DNA of 64,000 nucleotides from an uncultured Candidatus Saccharibacteria bacterium. GTDB taxonomy: Bacteria > Patescibacteriota > Saccharimonadia > Saccharimonadales > UBA10212. The stretch lies in assembly GCA_965231085.1 (NCBI GenBank), contig OZ246413.1:270638-334637 (forward strand), written 5' to 3'. The translations under genes and the position numbers were made by a program. Positions 1-7,327 of the stretch are shown one piece after another (position 1 is the stretch's first letter; each line of letters starts with the position of its first letter). Under the pieces are notes generated by a model. It did no database searches and was not told the DNA's origin. It saw only the letters and a program-made list of their open reading frames with translations.

Positions 1-301
1 CATAGCGTTTCAATATGTCGGCGCCAAAGCCGTTAAAGGTGGCGATCGTTACATCTAGGGCAAGTTTTAGGCTGCATTCAGCTACGCGGTCTTGCATTTC
101 GCCAGCCGCCTTTTCTGTAAAGGTTAGAGCTAAAATGTGTTTGGGATCTACACCCTTTTCTATCAGCTTTAAGATACGTTCGGTTATTACACGGGTTTTT
201 CCGGTGCCAGAGCCAGCAACAACTAGGCAGGGACCGTCTAATATCTCAACGGCCTCGTGTTGAGCGTCATTCAAAGAGATGGGGGCTACATCAGAACTCA
301 T
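1..301 (-). CDS. UvrD/PcrA-type SF1 DNA helicase, N-terminal fragment running off the window start
   Basis: Absent from the ORF track because no stop lies in the window. Hand translation from the ATG at 299-301: MSSDVAPISLNDAQHEAVEILDGPCLVVAGSGTGKTRVITERILKLIEKGVDPKHILALTFTEKAAGEM. It has Walker A AGSGTGKT and LTFTxKAA. Confidence 0.8.
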   Translation of the reverse strand, partial: MSSDVAPISLNDAQHEAVEILDGPCLVVAGSGTGKTRVITERILKLIEKGVDPKHILALTFTEKAAGEMQDRVAECSLKLALDVTIATFNGFGADILKRY

Positions 302-379
302 AAGAATATTATCTCATCTTTAGTTCAGCTGACTAACTATTTACAATAAGGGCATTAAATGCCAATATATACCCCGTGC

Positions 380-392
380 GTTGACTTTTGAC
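380..392. repeat. Left arm of the inverted repeat bracketing GC-rich island A (gttgacttttgac)
   Basis: Pairs with gtcaaagtcaac at 843-854: 12 bp with one bulged T. Confidence 0.6.
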
Positions 393-394
393 GC

Positions 395-826
395 GTGAAG
401 TTGAGCCATAAAAAACGAATTCGATGCCAATCGGGAAAGAGGTGTCGCTTGTTCCACACCTGTAGGGCCAAGAAGCCCGGCAGCTACGAGGTGACGGTCG
501 TAGTCACCGATGCCGTCTACCGCAACATCCAGGAGTATCGCAGGCTCCCGAGCTCAACGAGGGAGAAGGCCTCCTACCCGGTGCCGCTCTTCACCTTCGT
601 GGAGAAGGAGCTGTGCGGAAGGCCGGGTGTCGGGGAGTTCGTGTCTGGCTCGCTCGAGCAGATGCAAGCACTGGTCGGAGGTCGGAACATCGCCTACGCC
701 GACATCTACGTCCCCTTCACTGCGGCCGAAAGGCCGCTCGTCGAGGAGTCGTGGTTCAAGACCTCCCCTCAACAGCTCGAAGAGGCCTTCGGGCGGGCCT
801 TCGTTGCCCGGGCCATGAAGCTCTAG
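395..826 (+). CDS. Hypothetical protein, GC-rich island A (compositionally foreign)
   Basis: Only this frame gives a balanced amino-acid composition; the overlapping frames are R/P/S-rich. About 65% GC on line 541-600. A likelier start is TTG at 449, preceded by AGAGG at 438-442. No family recognised. Confidence 0.55.
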   Translation: MKLSHKKRIRCQSGKRCRLFHTCRAKKPGSYEVTVVVTDAVYRNIQEYRRLPSSTREKASYPVPLFTFVEKELCGRPGVGEFVSGSLEQMQALVGGRNIAYADIYVPFTAAERPLVEESWFKTSPQQLEEAFGRAFVARAMKL

Positions 827-842
827 GCCCTGACGGCCGAAG

Positions 843-854
843 GTCAAAGTCAAC
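843..854. repeat. Right arm of the inverted repeat bracketing island A (gtcaaagtcaac)
   Basis: Reverse complement of 380-392 minus one T. It lies immediately before the terminator hairpin. Confidence 0.6.
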
Positions 855-897
855 GGACTAAGGCGTTGCTCTGCCCGAGCAACGCCTTAGTCCTTTT
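855..897 (+). terminator. Rho-independent terminator after the island A gene
   Basis: Perfect 17-bp stem ggactaaggcgttgctc / gagcaacgccttagtcc with loop tgccc, followed by tttt. Confidence 0.75.
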
Positions 898-918
898 CTA
901 AAGGAGCATAATATAAAT

Positions 919-1479
919 ATGAATAGTGTGGCTGGAGCTCTCAAGAACGTTCCCAGAAGGAACTTTGTACCCGAAGATTATCAGGATCAGGCTGATTGGG
1001 ACGTGGCGCTACCTATCGGGTTTGGTCAAACTATTAGTCAGCCCTATACGGTTGGCCTGATGCTCGAATGGCTGGAGGTTGAAGCCGGTAATAAGGTGCT
1101 AGACGTTGGCTCTGGTTCGGGTTGGACGAGCGCCCTACTGTCTTATTTGGTTGGGCCTAAAGGTAGAGTCTATGCGGTGGAGATTATTCCAGAGTTAGTA
1201 GACTTCGGCCGAGCCAATTGCCAAAGAATAGGTATTAAGAATGCTAGGTTCTATCAGGCGGGCAAAACTTTCGGACTGCCGCGCTTTGCCCCGTACGATA
1301 GAATTTTGGTTGGCGCAGCCGATGGAGTGCCAAAAGAATTGCTAGACCAACTAAACATAGGTGGCAAAATGATAATACCCTCAAAAAATGACATTCTAGA
1401 AATCGAGAAAACGTCTAGCAATAACTACGAAACAATTACTCATCCAGGCTTTGTGTTTGTCCCACTCGTACAGCCATAG
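919..1479 (+). CDS. pcm: Protein-L-isoaspartate O-methyltransferase
   Basis: GFGQTISQPYTVGLMLEWL and the SAM motif VLDVGSGSGWTSALL are typical of the PIMT family. Confidence 0.85.
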   Translation: MNSVAGALKNVPRRNFVPEDYQDQADWDVALPIGFGQTISQPYTVGLMLEWLEVEAGNKVLDVGSGSGWTSALLSYLVGPKGRVYAVEIIPELVDFGRANCQRIGIKNARFYQAGKTFGLPRFAPYDRILVGAADGVPKELLDQLNIGGKMIIPSKNDILEIEKTSSNNYETITHPGFVFVPLVQP

Positions 1480-1507
1480 ACTTTCTATAATTTTGACTAA
1501 AAACAAA

Positions 1508-1531
1508 ACAGGAGCTTTTGAGGGCTCCTGT
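1508..1531 (+). terminator. Hairpin downstream of pcm
   Basis: Stem acaggagc / gctcctgt. The T-run is only distal, so this is a weak intrinsic terminator. Confidence 0.45.
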
Positions 1532-1729
1532 TCTGCTCGCAGTTTTTGCTATTGCTAGCTAGGCTGCTGGCCACCTCACAGTGGTTAGTTTCATAATAGA
1601 TCCAAGTTCTAGTATCGTCAAAAGCTCATGCTTAAAAAAGTGTTGTAATTTATTTAATCCTAATATTTACACTAGAACTGAATCAAACATCAGGCTGGGT
1701 TAGCAAGAAATATATTATAAAAGATGAGA

Positions 1730-1758
1730 GTGAGGAGGGGGTGTTACCCCCTCCTCAC
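1730..1758 (-). terminator. GC-rich hairpin terminator of the island B gene
   Basis: Perfect 12-bp stem gtgaggaggggg / ccccctcctcac with loop tgtta. It overlaps the TGA stop (1755-1757). The minus-sense downstream sequence is U-rich (cucaucuuuuauaau). Confidence 0.6.
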
Positions 1759-2360
1759 CGGATGGTCCGTGCGCGAGCCCTGTCTAGGACTGCCCTTCTG
1801 GCATCGTCGATCGAGACGATGCGAATCTGCCCGTTCTGGATCGGGCGAACCTCAGCTTGGCGGCTGCCGAGATTGATCGAGAAGATCTCGCATAGGCCGA
1901 AGGACAGAACTTCGCCCTTGGCCCCGACCTTGAAGCCTCGATCGTGGTGCGGCTGATGCTGCTCCAGAAGCTCCCAGATCATGCTGGGATCGCCGTCATA
2001 CGGAACCTTGACCTTCATGCAGGTGGCCCGGATGACGCACCTTCCGATGGTCGGAGGCTGAACGATCTCCGGCTTGGTCTGGATCGGCGGGATTGGGACC
2101 GCCATCACTCTTGCGAGCATGGCAGGGTTCGCCATGAGCTGCTTGCGCTTCCAGCGGATGGCGTCGGGGCTGCGCCCGAGCACCTGCGCCAAGATCTTGT
2201 CCTTGGGCCTCCCCTCCTGGACGATCCTGTGGCACTCTTCGTCGGTCCACGGCTTGTTGCCGTTGTTCGGAGAGACAGACGCCAGCGGCGGCCTGGCGAC
2301 GGCTTGGACCCTCGCGTTCCTCCTCACCACTTCTGGCGGTACACGTCTGATTTTGAACAT
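1755..2360 (-). CDS. Hypothetical protein with a Myb/SANT-like helix-turn-helix segment, GC-rich island B
   Basis: KPWTDEECHRIVQEG...LGRSPDAIRWKRKQL resembles Myb/SANT-type HTH. GAGG lies 7 nt upstream of the ATG. About 62% GC on line 2101-2160. Alternative frames are R/G/P-rich artefacts. Confidence 0.55.
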   Translation of the reverse strand: MFKIRRVPPEVVRRNARVQAVARPPLASVSPNNGNKPWTDEECHRIVQEGRPKDKILAQVLGRSPDAIRWKRKQLMANPAMLARVMAVPIPPIQTKPEIVQPPTIGRCVIRATCMKVKVPYDGDPSMIWELLEQHQPHHDRGFKVGAKGEVLSFGLCEIFSINLGSRQAEVRPIQNGQIRIVSIDDARRAVLDRARARTIR

Positions 2361-2437
2361 TCGCGGGCCTCGTGGTAGGTTACAGGACTAGCATATAGTA
2401 ACAGATAAATGTAAAAAAACAAGACTGCTCTAAGATG

Positions 2438-3109
2438 TTATTCAGTCTTGTTTTTGTATGAGCCGCTGCAAACGTCAGGGTATTGTGATTTGTATTGCCA
2501 GGTGGAGCTATCGTAGATAGCCTGAACCGATTTCCGTGATGCCTCGTCAAAGTATGTCATAGGACAAAGCCTGTCAGTAATTATACTCGGGGTCCCAAAC
2601 TCCCAATGAATCTGGTAACCACCTACTTCGTTGTGAAGTTTAGGATTAGCTGGATGTCCCAAAAAGTCGCCAACTTTTACATGGGAGCCCTTTTTAAGAT
2701 TGGTGTTATATGTCTCCATCTCCTTATAACGGATAATATATGGCCAGCTACTAACATCAATTTCCCATTTGGGCCATTTGTCCGTCACTAGGCCAATGCT
2801 ACTAATTACTCCGTTTGATGATGAAAGCACGTTACCATCTGGTCCGGACCATTGAAAATCAATACCAGGATGACCACCGGGTGCGTTGGGGTGATAAATC
2901 TTCTCACCCATCGGTATGAGATTGATTGGCGGTGAATTCAAGTCGTATGGAGCATGGATTACTATCCGTTTGTGAGGTAAGAATGTGTCTGGCCTAACAA
3001 GAAAAAAAGAAGCTCCCAAAATAGCAATACCAATCGTTAGTAATAAGGTTTTTAACCAGTGGAGTTTTAGCCACTTAAGCATAAGCCTATTGTACAGCAG
3101 GCTGAGCAT
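2438..3109 (-). CDS. Membrane-anchored M23-family (LytM-like) peptidase
   Basis: N-terminal TM segment. GGHPGIDF matches the HxxxD motif, and a C-terminal YQIHWEFG histidine motif is present. Confidence 0.6.
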   Translation of the reverse strand: MLSLLYNRLMLKWLKLHWLKTLLLTIGIAILGASFFLVRPDTFLPHKRIVIHAPYDLNSPPINLIPMGEKIYHPNAPGGHPGIDFQWSGPDGNVLSSSNGVISSIGLVTDKWPKWEIDVSSWPYIIRYKEMETYNTNLKKGSHVKVGDFLGHPANPKLHNEVGGYQIHWEFGTPSIITDRLCPMTYFDEASRKSVQAIYDSSTWQYKSQYPDVCSGSYKNKTE

Positions 3110-3137
3110 TGATAGTAATACGTAAATATATTATAAT
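3109..3137 (+). promoter_or_regulatory. Sigma70-like promoter candidate upstream of the island C gene
   Basis: TTGATA (3109-3114), 17-nt spacer, TATAAT (3132-3137), about 125 nt upstream of the ATG at 3262. Confidence 0.4.
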
Positions 3138-3175
3138 ATTGCAATCTTTGTTGAGTCTCTAGAAGCTCCGAAGAA

Positions 3176-3185
3176 GTATCTGAAG
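3176..3185. repeat. Left arm of the inverted repeat bracketing island C (gtatctgaag)
   Basis: Perfect reverse complement of cttcagatac at 3726-3735. Confidence 0.55.
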
Positions 3186-3261
3186 CAGTTTTGCAGGCGC
3201 ATTGCCCTGTCCAAGTCCTAGCTAGATCGAACTGTCGTAGACAAGCATCGAGAGGAGAATC

Positions 3262-3711
3262 ATGGATTTCCCCAGCTATAGCCGGACCTTCAAGGGTGGC
3301 TCGGCCAACGTTCGGCTGTTCGGCTTCACGGACGTCTCCGCCGATCACAGCTTCTGCACCTATCTGGTTCAGGCCATGATGACCTGCATCGACGATCTCA
3401 AGCAGAAGCTCGAGGCGTCGTTCGCCAAGGCTCACGCTGCGGATGTCGTCGAGGTCACCTTTGCCGAGCGAATCAGCATCGGCGGTCGGCAGGTCGTCGA
3501 CGTGTTCTACACGGTCAAGACGGCGGCCTACATCGACGAGGCGGAGTTGCGCAAGCTGATGGCGGCCCATCTCAAGGGCGCCTCGGTCTCGGCGCACACC
3601 CTGTGCCTCATGGCCGAGGCCCCCAGGGGCGCTGTGATCATCGTGCTGCGTCGACCGAACGGGATCGAGTACGACGTCCCGACAAGCGAGGAGATGACCG
3701 GCCGGCTCTGA
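3262..3711 (+). CDS. Hypothetical protein, GC-rich island C (compositionally foreign)
   Basis: SD GAGAGGAG lies upstream of the ATG. By my hand count about 85-90% of codons end in G/C. About 63% GC on line 3301-3360. No family recognised. Confidence 0.6.
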   Translation: MDFPSYSRTFKGGSANVRLFGFTDVSADHSFCTYLVQAMMTCIDDLKQKLEASFAKAHAADVVEVTFAERISIGGRQVVDVFYTVKTAAYIDEAELRKLMAAHLKGASVSAHTLCLMAEAPRGAVIIVLRRPNGIEYDVPTSEEMTGRL

Positions 3712-3725
3712 GTCGGCACTGACAT

Positions 3726-3735
3726 CTTCAGATAC
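3726..3735. repeat. Right arm of the inverted repeat bracketing island C (cttcagatac)
   Basis: Reverse complement of 3176-3185. It lies between the stop codon and the terminator hairpin. Confidence 0.55.
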
Positions 3736-3739
3736 AAAC

Positions 3740-3772
3740 GGGCCCGGGGGCGCATCATGCGTTCCCGGGCCC
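3740..3772. terminator. GC-rich hairpin between convergent genes (island C gene and the DEAD-box helicase)
   Basis: Stem gggcccggg / cccgggccc with an inner cgca/tgcg stem. Confidence 0.5.
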
Positions 3773-3792
3773 TTCCCTTATCTAGAGTTTGT

Positions 3793-5010
3793 TTATTGAG
3801 CCATGCGGTCTTCGACAAAGGTCAAAGCTTCGCCAGTTTTACCGGCTCGCCCAGCTCGCCCAATTCGGTGAATGTAATCCTCGTAAGTCTGAGGCAAGTC
3901 ATAGTTTATTACGTGTGTTATTTCTTTAACGTCAATTCCACGAGCAGCTACGTCGGTTGCTACTAGTATGTTTACATGCCCGGCCTTAAAGTTTTCCAGG
4001 GCGCGCTTGCGCTGGCCTTGGCTTTTACCACCGTGCATGTATTCAACTTTGAATCCCTTGGATTTTAGTTCATTACCTAATCTCTCAACGCCGTACTTAG
4101 TCTTACCAAAGATTAGAACCTTACTGACCTCAGGCTTGGATAGTACTTCCTCTAGTTTGCGCATTTTCATGAATTTGTCGTTGTAGCGTATAACGTCTTG
4201 GTTAACATTTTCACTGGTCTCACCAACCTTAACGTTTATCACAACCGGTTCATGGGCAAACGTATTAATAAGTCTGCTGATTTCATCGCTTAGGGTCGCG
4301 CTAAAAAAGAAGGCTTGGTGTTCAGCTGGGAACTTATCTAGAATAAACCTGACATCGTTAATAAAACCCATGTCTAGCATGCGGTCGACTTCGTCCAGAA
4401 CAACCATATTAAACTGACTCAGGTTTAATGTGCCCTGGTTCATATGGTCCTTAATGCGGCCTGGAGTACCGATAACTAGTCGAACACGACCTTTTAGCTG
4501 AGTCTTTTGTTTACCATCAGGCACGCCACCAATTAGAAGTATCGGCTGCAAGCCACTGTTTTTAGCAAAAATTCTAGCTTGATCTTCAATCTGCATAGCC
4601 AACTCTCTGGTTGGTGCAATTACCAAACCTTGAGTTTCAGGATGACGTAGCAAACTATTTAGTATGGGCAAAATGAAGGCTGCAGTTTTACCGGTTCCGG
4701 TGTTGGCAATACCAACAATACTCTTACCTTGTAGTCCCAGGGCTATAGTTTTGTCCTGGATTTCGGATGGATTGATGTAGCCTTTTTGGGCGACATTACT
4801 CTTTAAAAGGGGGTGCATCGCAAAGTCAGCAAACGAGTTTGTTGCAATGTACTCTGTTTGAACAGCTGTTGGCTTAGCCGCCTTAACAAACATAGCCGGA
4901 TGCATGTTAGAGGCTTTAGCCGGTTTCTTAGACGAAAAAGATCGTCTGTTGCTATAAGATTGGGTGCCTGGGCGTCTTGGCCCACGGCGGTATGATGAAT
5001 TTTGATACAT
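3793..5010 (-). CDS. DEAD-box ATP-dependent RNA helicase
   Basis: Motifs present: ANTGTGKTAAF (motif I), PTRELA, DEVDRML (motif II variant), SAT and HRIGRAGRAG (motif VI). Confidence 0.9.
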   Translation of the reverse strand: MYQNSSYRRGPRRPGTQSYSNRRSFSSKKPAKASNMHPAMFVKAAKPTAVQTEYIATNSFADFAMHPLLKSNVAQKGYINPSEIQDKTIALGLQGKSIVGIANTGTGKTAAFILPILNSLLRHPETQGLVIAPTRELAMQIEDQARIFAKNSGLQPILLIGGVPDGKQKTQLKGRVRLVIGTPGRIKDHMNQGTLNLSQFNMVVLDEVDRMLDMGFINDVRFILDKFPAEHQAFFFSATLSDEISRLINTFAHEPVVINVKVGETSENVNQDVIRYNDKFMKMRKLEEVLSKPEVSKVLIFGKTKYGVERLGNELKSKGFKVEYMHGGKSQGQRKRALENFKAGHVNILVATDVAARGIDVKEITHVINYDLPQTYEDYIHRIGRAGRAGKTGEALTFVEDRMAQ

Positions 5011-5315
5011 AAAAAAAGAATCCTCGTGGTTATTAATAGTTATTCTAATGCTCTAGTGAAGCCTTGTTTAACTATTTATAAACCTGGATTCAATACGAAC
5101 AATAAGTATATTTTAGCACAAGTGTAATAAAAGCGCCAGCCCTAGTGGTTTTACCCCCGAGTCTATGATCTTTATCACTGTTAATTCATGGTTTGTGTTT
5201 TAAAAATATAAACAGCGAGCAACATGCAGCACTTAAGAGTTAACTCAAGTGCTTGCTAAGCAGCTAAATTGATACTAATCTTGAAGCAGTAATAAGCATA
5301 AAGGAGATACTGGTC

Positions 5316-5822
5316 ATGGAGCAGTTAAATAAATTAGAGGCTAGACTAGAAAGTGTGTTCAAAGGGGCGCCAAAGTTACCGGAGAACGCTGTAAAGACAA
5401 TAGTCAGCTGGTTACCTTGGATTAACTTAGTACTGGGTATATTTAGTCTGTGGGCGGCCTATGCGTTATGGCATTGGGCGCACCAAGTAAACAGCTTGGT
5501 CAATTACCTAAACGGACTTTCTGCTGCTTACGGTGGTTCGGCCACAACTGCAAGCAATATGACAGCTGGACTTTGGTTGGCTTTAATAGTCATAGCTTTT
5601 GAAGGTGTCCTGTTTTTGATGGCCTTTCCAGCTACTCAGGCTAAGTCAAAAAGAGGCTGGAGCTTAATGTTCTATGCGGCACTGGTTAACTTAGTTTACG
5701 GAATAGTATTGCTGTTCACAGATTACGGCTCAACTGGCAACTTTTTAGGTTACTTGGTTGGAACAGTGTTGGGACTTTGGATACTTTTCCAAATCAAGCC
5801 AAAATACGTTGGTTCTAAGTAA
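5316..5822 (+). CDS. Hypothetical integral membrane protein
   Basis: SD AAGGAG upstream. Several hydrophobic spans such as WLPWINLVLGIFSLWAAYALW. Confidence 0.6.
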   Translation: MEQLNKLEARLESVFKGAPKLPENAVKTIVSWLPWINLVLGIFSLWAAYALWHWAHQVNSLVNYLNGLSAAYGGSATTASNMTAGLWLALIVIAFEGVLFLMAFPATQAKSKRGWSLMFYAALVNLVYGIVLLFTDYGSTGNFLGYLVGTVLGLWILFQIKPKYVGSK

Positions 5823-5849
5823 CATCTAACTCAAGTTCTTCTTATGAGG

Positions 5850-5875
5850 CCGGCTGCAAAAAAGCAGCCGGTTTT
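5850..5875 (+). terminator. Rho-independent terminator (bidirectional position)
   Basis: Stem ccggctgc / gcagccgg with loop aaaaaa, followed by tttt. Confidence 0.65.
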
Positions 5876-5876
5876 G

Positions 5877-6311
5877 TTATCGAGTAATTCTGAGGTATGG
5901 CTTTCGGACGCTAAAAATCAGTTTGGTATTTTTGCCCGTTAGTTTAATCAAATGGGTATGCAAATGAATTACTGTCTTTCGGTTTGAGCCAGGTGCTCGG
6001 GAATATATGTTATAGCCGCTAGCCTCATATTTTGTTAATAATTTTACGTACTCAATTAATTGTTTATCGTTCAGGCTAGCTAAGCTATCAATATGTTGTT
6101 TTGGTACTATCATCAAGTGGTCGGCTACCTTTTGGCTATCCCAAAGTGAATACGGAAAAATGTTCTTAACTACAAAAAAATTATCGGTTGCTTCAACTAC
6201 CTCAGCTGGGCGATCTGTAAAGTTACAGAACTCACATACCGACCTGTCGGTCTTAGAGAGGTGTTTATGATAAATCAACGTTTCTTTTCTAGACCGAGGT
6301 GCAGTCATCAA
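5877..6311 (-). CDS. HIT-family (histidine triad) nucleotide hydrolase/transferase
   Basis: C-terminal histidine triad VIHLHTHLI (HxHxHxx). Confidence 0.75.
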   Translation of the reverse strand: MMTAPRSRKETLIYHKHLSKTDRSVCEFCNFTDRPAEVVEATDNFFVVKNIFPYSLWDSQKVADHLMIVPKQHIDSLASLNDKQLIEYVKLLTKYEASGYNIYSRAPGSNRKTVIHLHTHLIKLTGKNTKLIFSVRKPYLRITR

Positions 6312-6328
6312 TATCTATCACTCCTCTA

Positions 6329-6889
6329 CTAACCGCGGTTTTTTGGAATCAGTATTAAGGCCGAGGTCCAGGCAATAACTGCAAGCCAAGCGACTACCAC
6401 CAGATTAGCGTATACACCAATTCTATCTTCGTAAGGCTTTAGTGATTGGCCGGCAATAACAAATCCATTATCTGGACTCTTGCCGTAGGTAGTAGCATAT
6501 ATTGCTGAGCGAACAGCCGCCTTTGGTTGCCATGTAACTTTGTCGGTTTGGTGCTCACTAGTATATTCAAAAACTCCTTCCGGTGGCAGCGGGGTCTTGC
6601 CGTCAAGAACTGCTGAACTCGCCAGAACATGACGCGAACTGTCAGTAATGATAACAAAGCTATTATTGTTACTATCGATGCTTATTTTACGGGCGGACAC
6701 TACATCCTGTGGTATAGAACCGTTCTCAAGGTCGGACTTAGTTTGTTGAGCCAGAGATAGGGGGATGTCATTAGCCGATAATCTTGTCGATTGTTGGGCT
6801 ATCACATAACCAGCAAGTAGCACCAAAGTAGAGCTACCAACTATTGCTAGCCAGAGTCGAATATGGGTTTTGGCCAGTATTTCCCTCAT
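6329..6889 (-). CDS. Hypothetical bitopic membrane protein
   Basis: The track ORF is 6329..6958. The likelier start is the ATG at 6887-6889 (MREILAKTHIRLWLAIVG). TM segments at both ends. Confidence 0.55.
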   Translation of the reverse strand: MREILAKTHIRLWLAIVGSSTLVLLAGYVIAQQSTRLSANDIPLSLAQQTKSDLENGSIPQDVVSARKISIDSNNNSFVIITDSSRHVLASSAVLDGKTPLPPEGVFEYTSEHQTDKVTWQPKAAVRSAIYATTYGKSPDNGFVIAGQSLKPYEDRIGVYANLVVVAWLAVIAWTSALILIPKNRG

Positions 6890-6960
6890 ATATTTAAATT
6901 GTATCAAATAAACACAAGCAATCCTGGCAAAAGGCCAAAACCTAGTCATAAAAAACAAGA

Positions 6961-6990
6961 TTTACAGTGCAGGCTGCAATGTTGTATAAT
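6961..6990 (+). promoter_or_regulatory. Sigma70-like promoter candidate for the GC-rich RNA
   Basis: TTTACA (6961-6966), 18-nt spacer, TATAAT (6985-6990). Confidence 0.5.
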
Positions 6991-7327
6991 ATGCCGGCAC
7001 GCTTGAGGTCCTGCCCCTGGGGCACGATGCTTGAGCACCGCAACAAGGACGCGGGAGCTATTCTCCCGTTCAATCTCGGACCTCGAAAGTGAGGATCGAA
7101 TGAAACGGTCGCAGGAGAGCACCACGGGCTAGCAAGGCGAGCACCATGGCTGATGGTCTAGTCGCAAGACGGAACCCCGCACACAGCGGAACTAGGCCAT
7201 GGGGGCTCAGGGCTTCGAGGCCTGCCTCGACCCTGGGCCCCCGCCCAACTCTAATCACCTCGTACACCAGTTTTTGTACCGCGATCACTCGCGACTTAAA
7301 CCGGCATCTGCGAGGTGCTTTCTATTC
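6991..7327 (+). ncRNA. Unassigned GC-rich structured RNA candidate (~330 nt)
   Basis: About 60% GC and no frame shows GC3 skew. Stems: 6991-6997/7301-7307; 7052-7057/7063-7068; 7077-7084/7091-7098; a 10-bp stem 7153-7162/7191-7200; a long hairpin 7201-7242; 7280-7284/7289-7293. Three G-U pairs work only in plus sense. A terminal hairpin at 7304-7318 is followed by uuucuauu. Confidence 0.5.

Noticed and set aside
510-861. Overlapping ORFs in island A (510..818 plus, 554..853 minus, 613..861 plus).
   Set aside because: Their R/P/S/G-rich composition is typical of off-frame or antisense reading of high-GC coding sequence. Only the 395/449 frame looks protein-like.
1741-2391. ORFs 1741..1956, 1944..2378 and 2074..2391 (plus) and 1996..2250 (minus), all overlapping island B.
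   Set aside because: This is the same high-GC artefact pattern: Arg/Gly/Pro-rich with no SD. The 1755..2360 minus frame has the SD and a balanced composition.
3157-3787. An outer 7-bp inverted repeat ctctaga (3157-3163) / tctagag (3781-3787) around island C, and the possibility of engineered XbaI sites.
   Set aside because: TCTAGA is its own reverse complement, so two copies automatically look like an inverted repeat. Only 1 extra base matches. This is not evidence for TIRs or for cloning.
380-3787. The idea that the IR-bracketed GC-rich cassettes are alternative templates for the retron RT, with a1/a2-like duplexes around coding sequence.
   Set aside because: The arms share no sequence with the retron a1/a2. 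No msr-like hairpins are adjacent, and the cassettes are 57 kb from the RT. This is pure speculation with no support in the sequence.
3067-3818. ORFs 3067..3597 (minus), 3191..3379 (plus) and 3528..3818 (minus), all overlapping island C.
   Set aside because: These are antisense or off-frame products of the GC-rich gene, and they run across AT-rich promoter sequence and the terminator.
6991-7327. Tested whether the GC-rich structured block is RNase P RNA, tmRNA or SRP RNA.
   Set aside because: On either strand I found no GAGGAAAGUCC / ACAGAAnCCGGCUUA (RNase P P4). There is no GGUUCGAnUCC T-arm with a CCA end or an alanine-rich tag frame (tmRNA). There is no GGUCCGGAAGGAAGCAGC (SRP domain IV). 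It is left as unassigned; only a covariance-model search can settle this.
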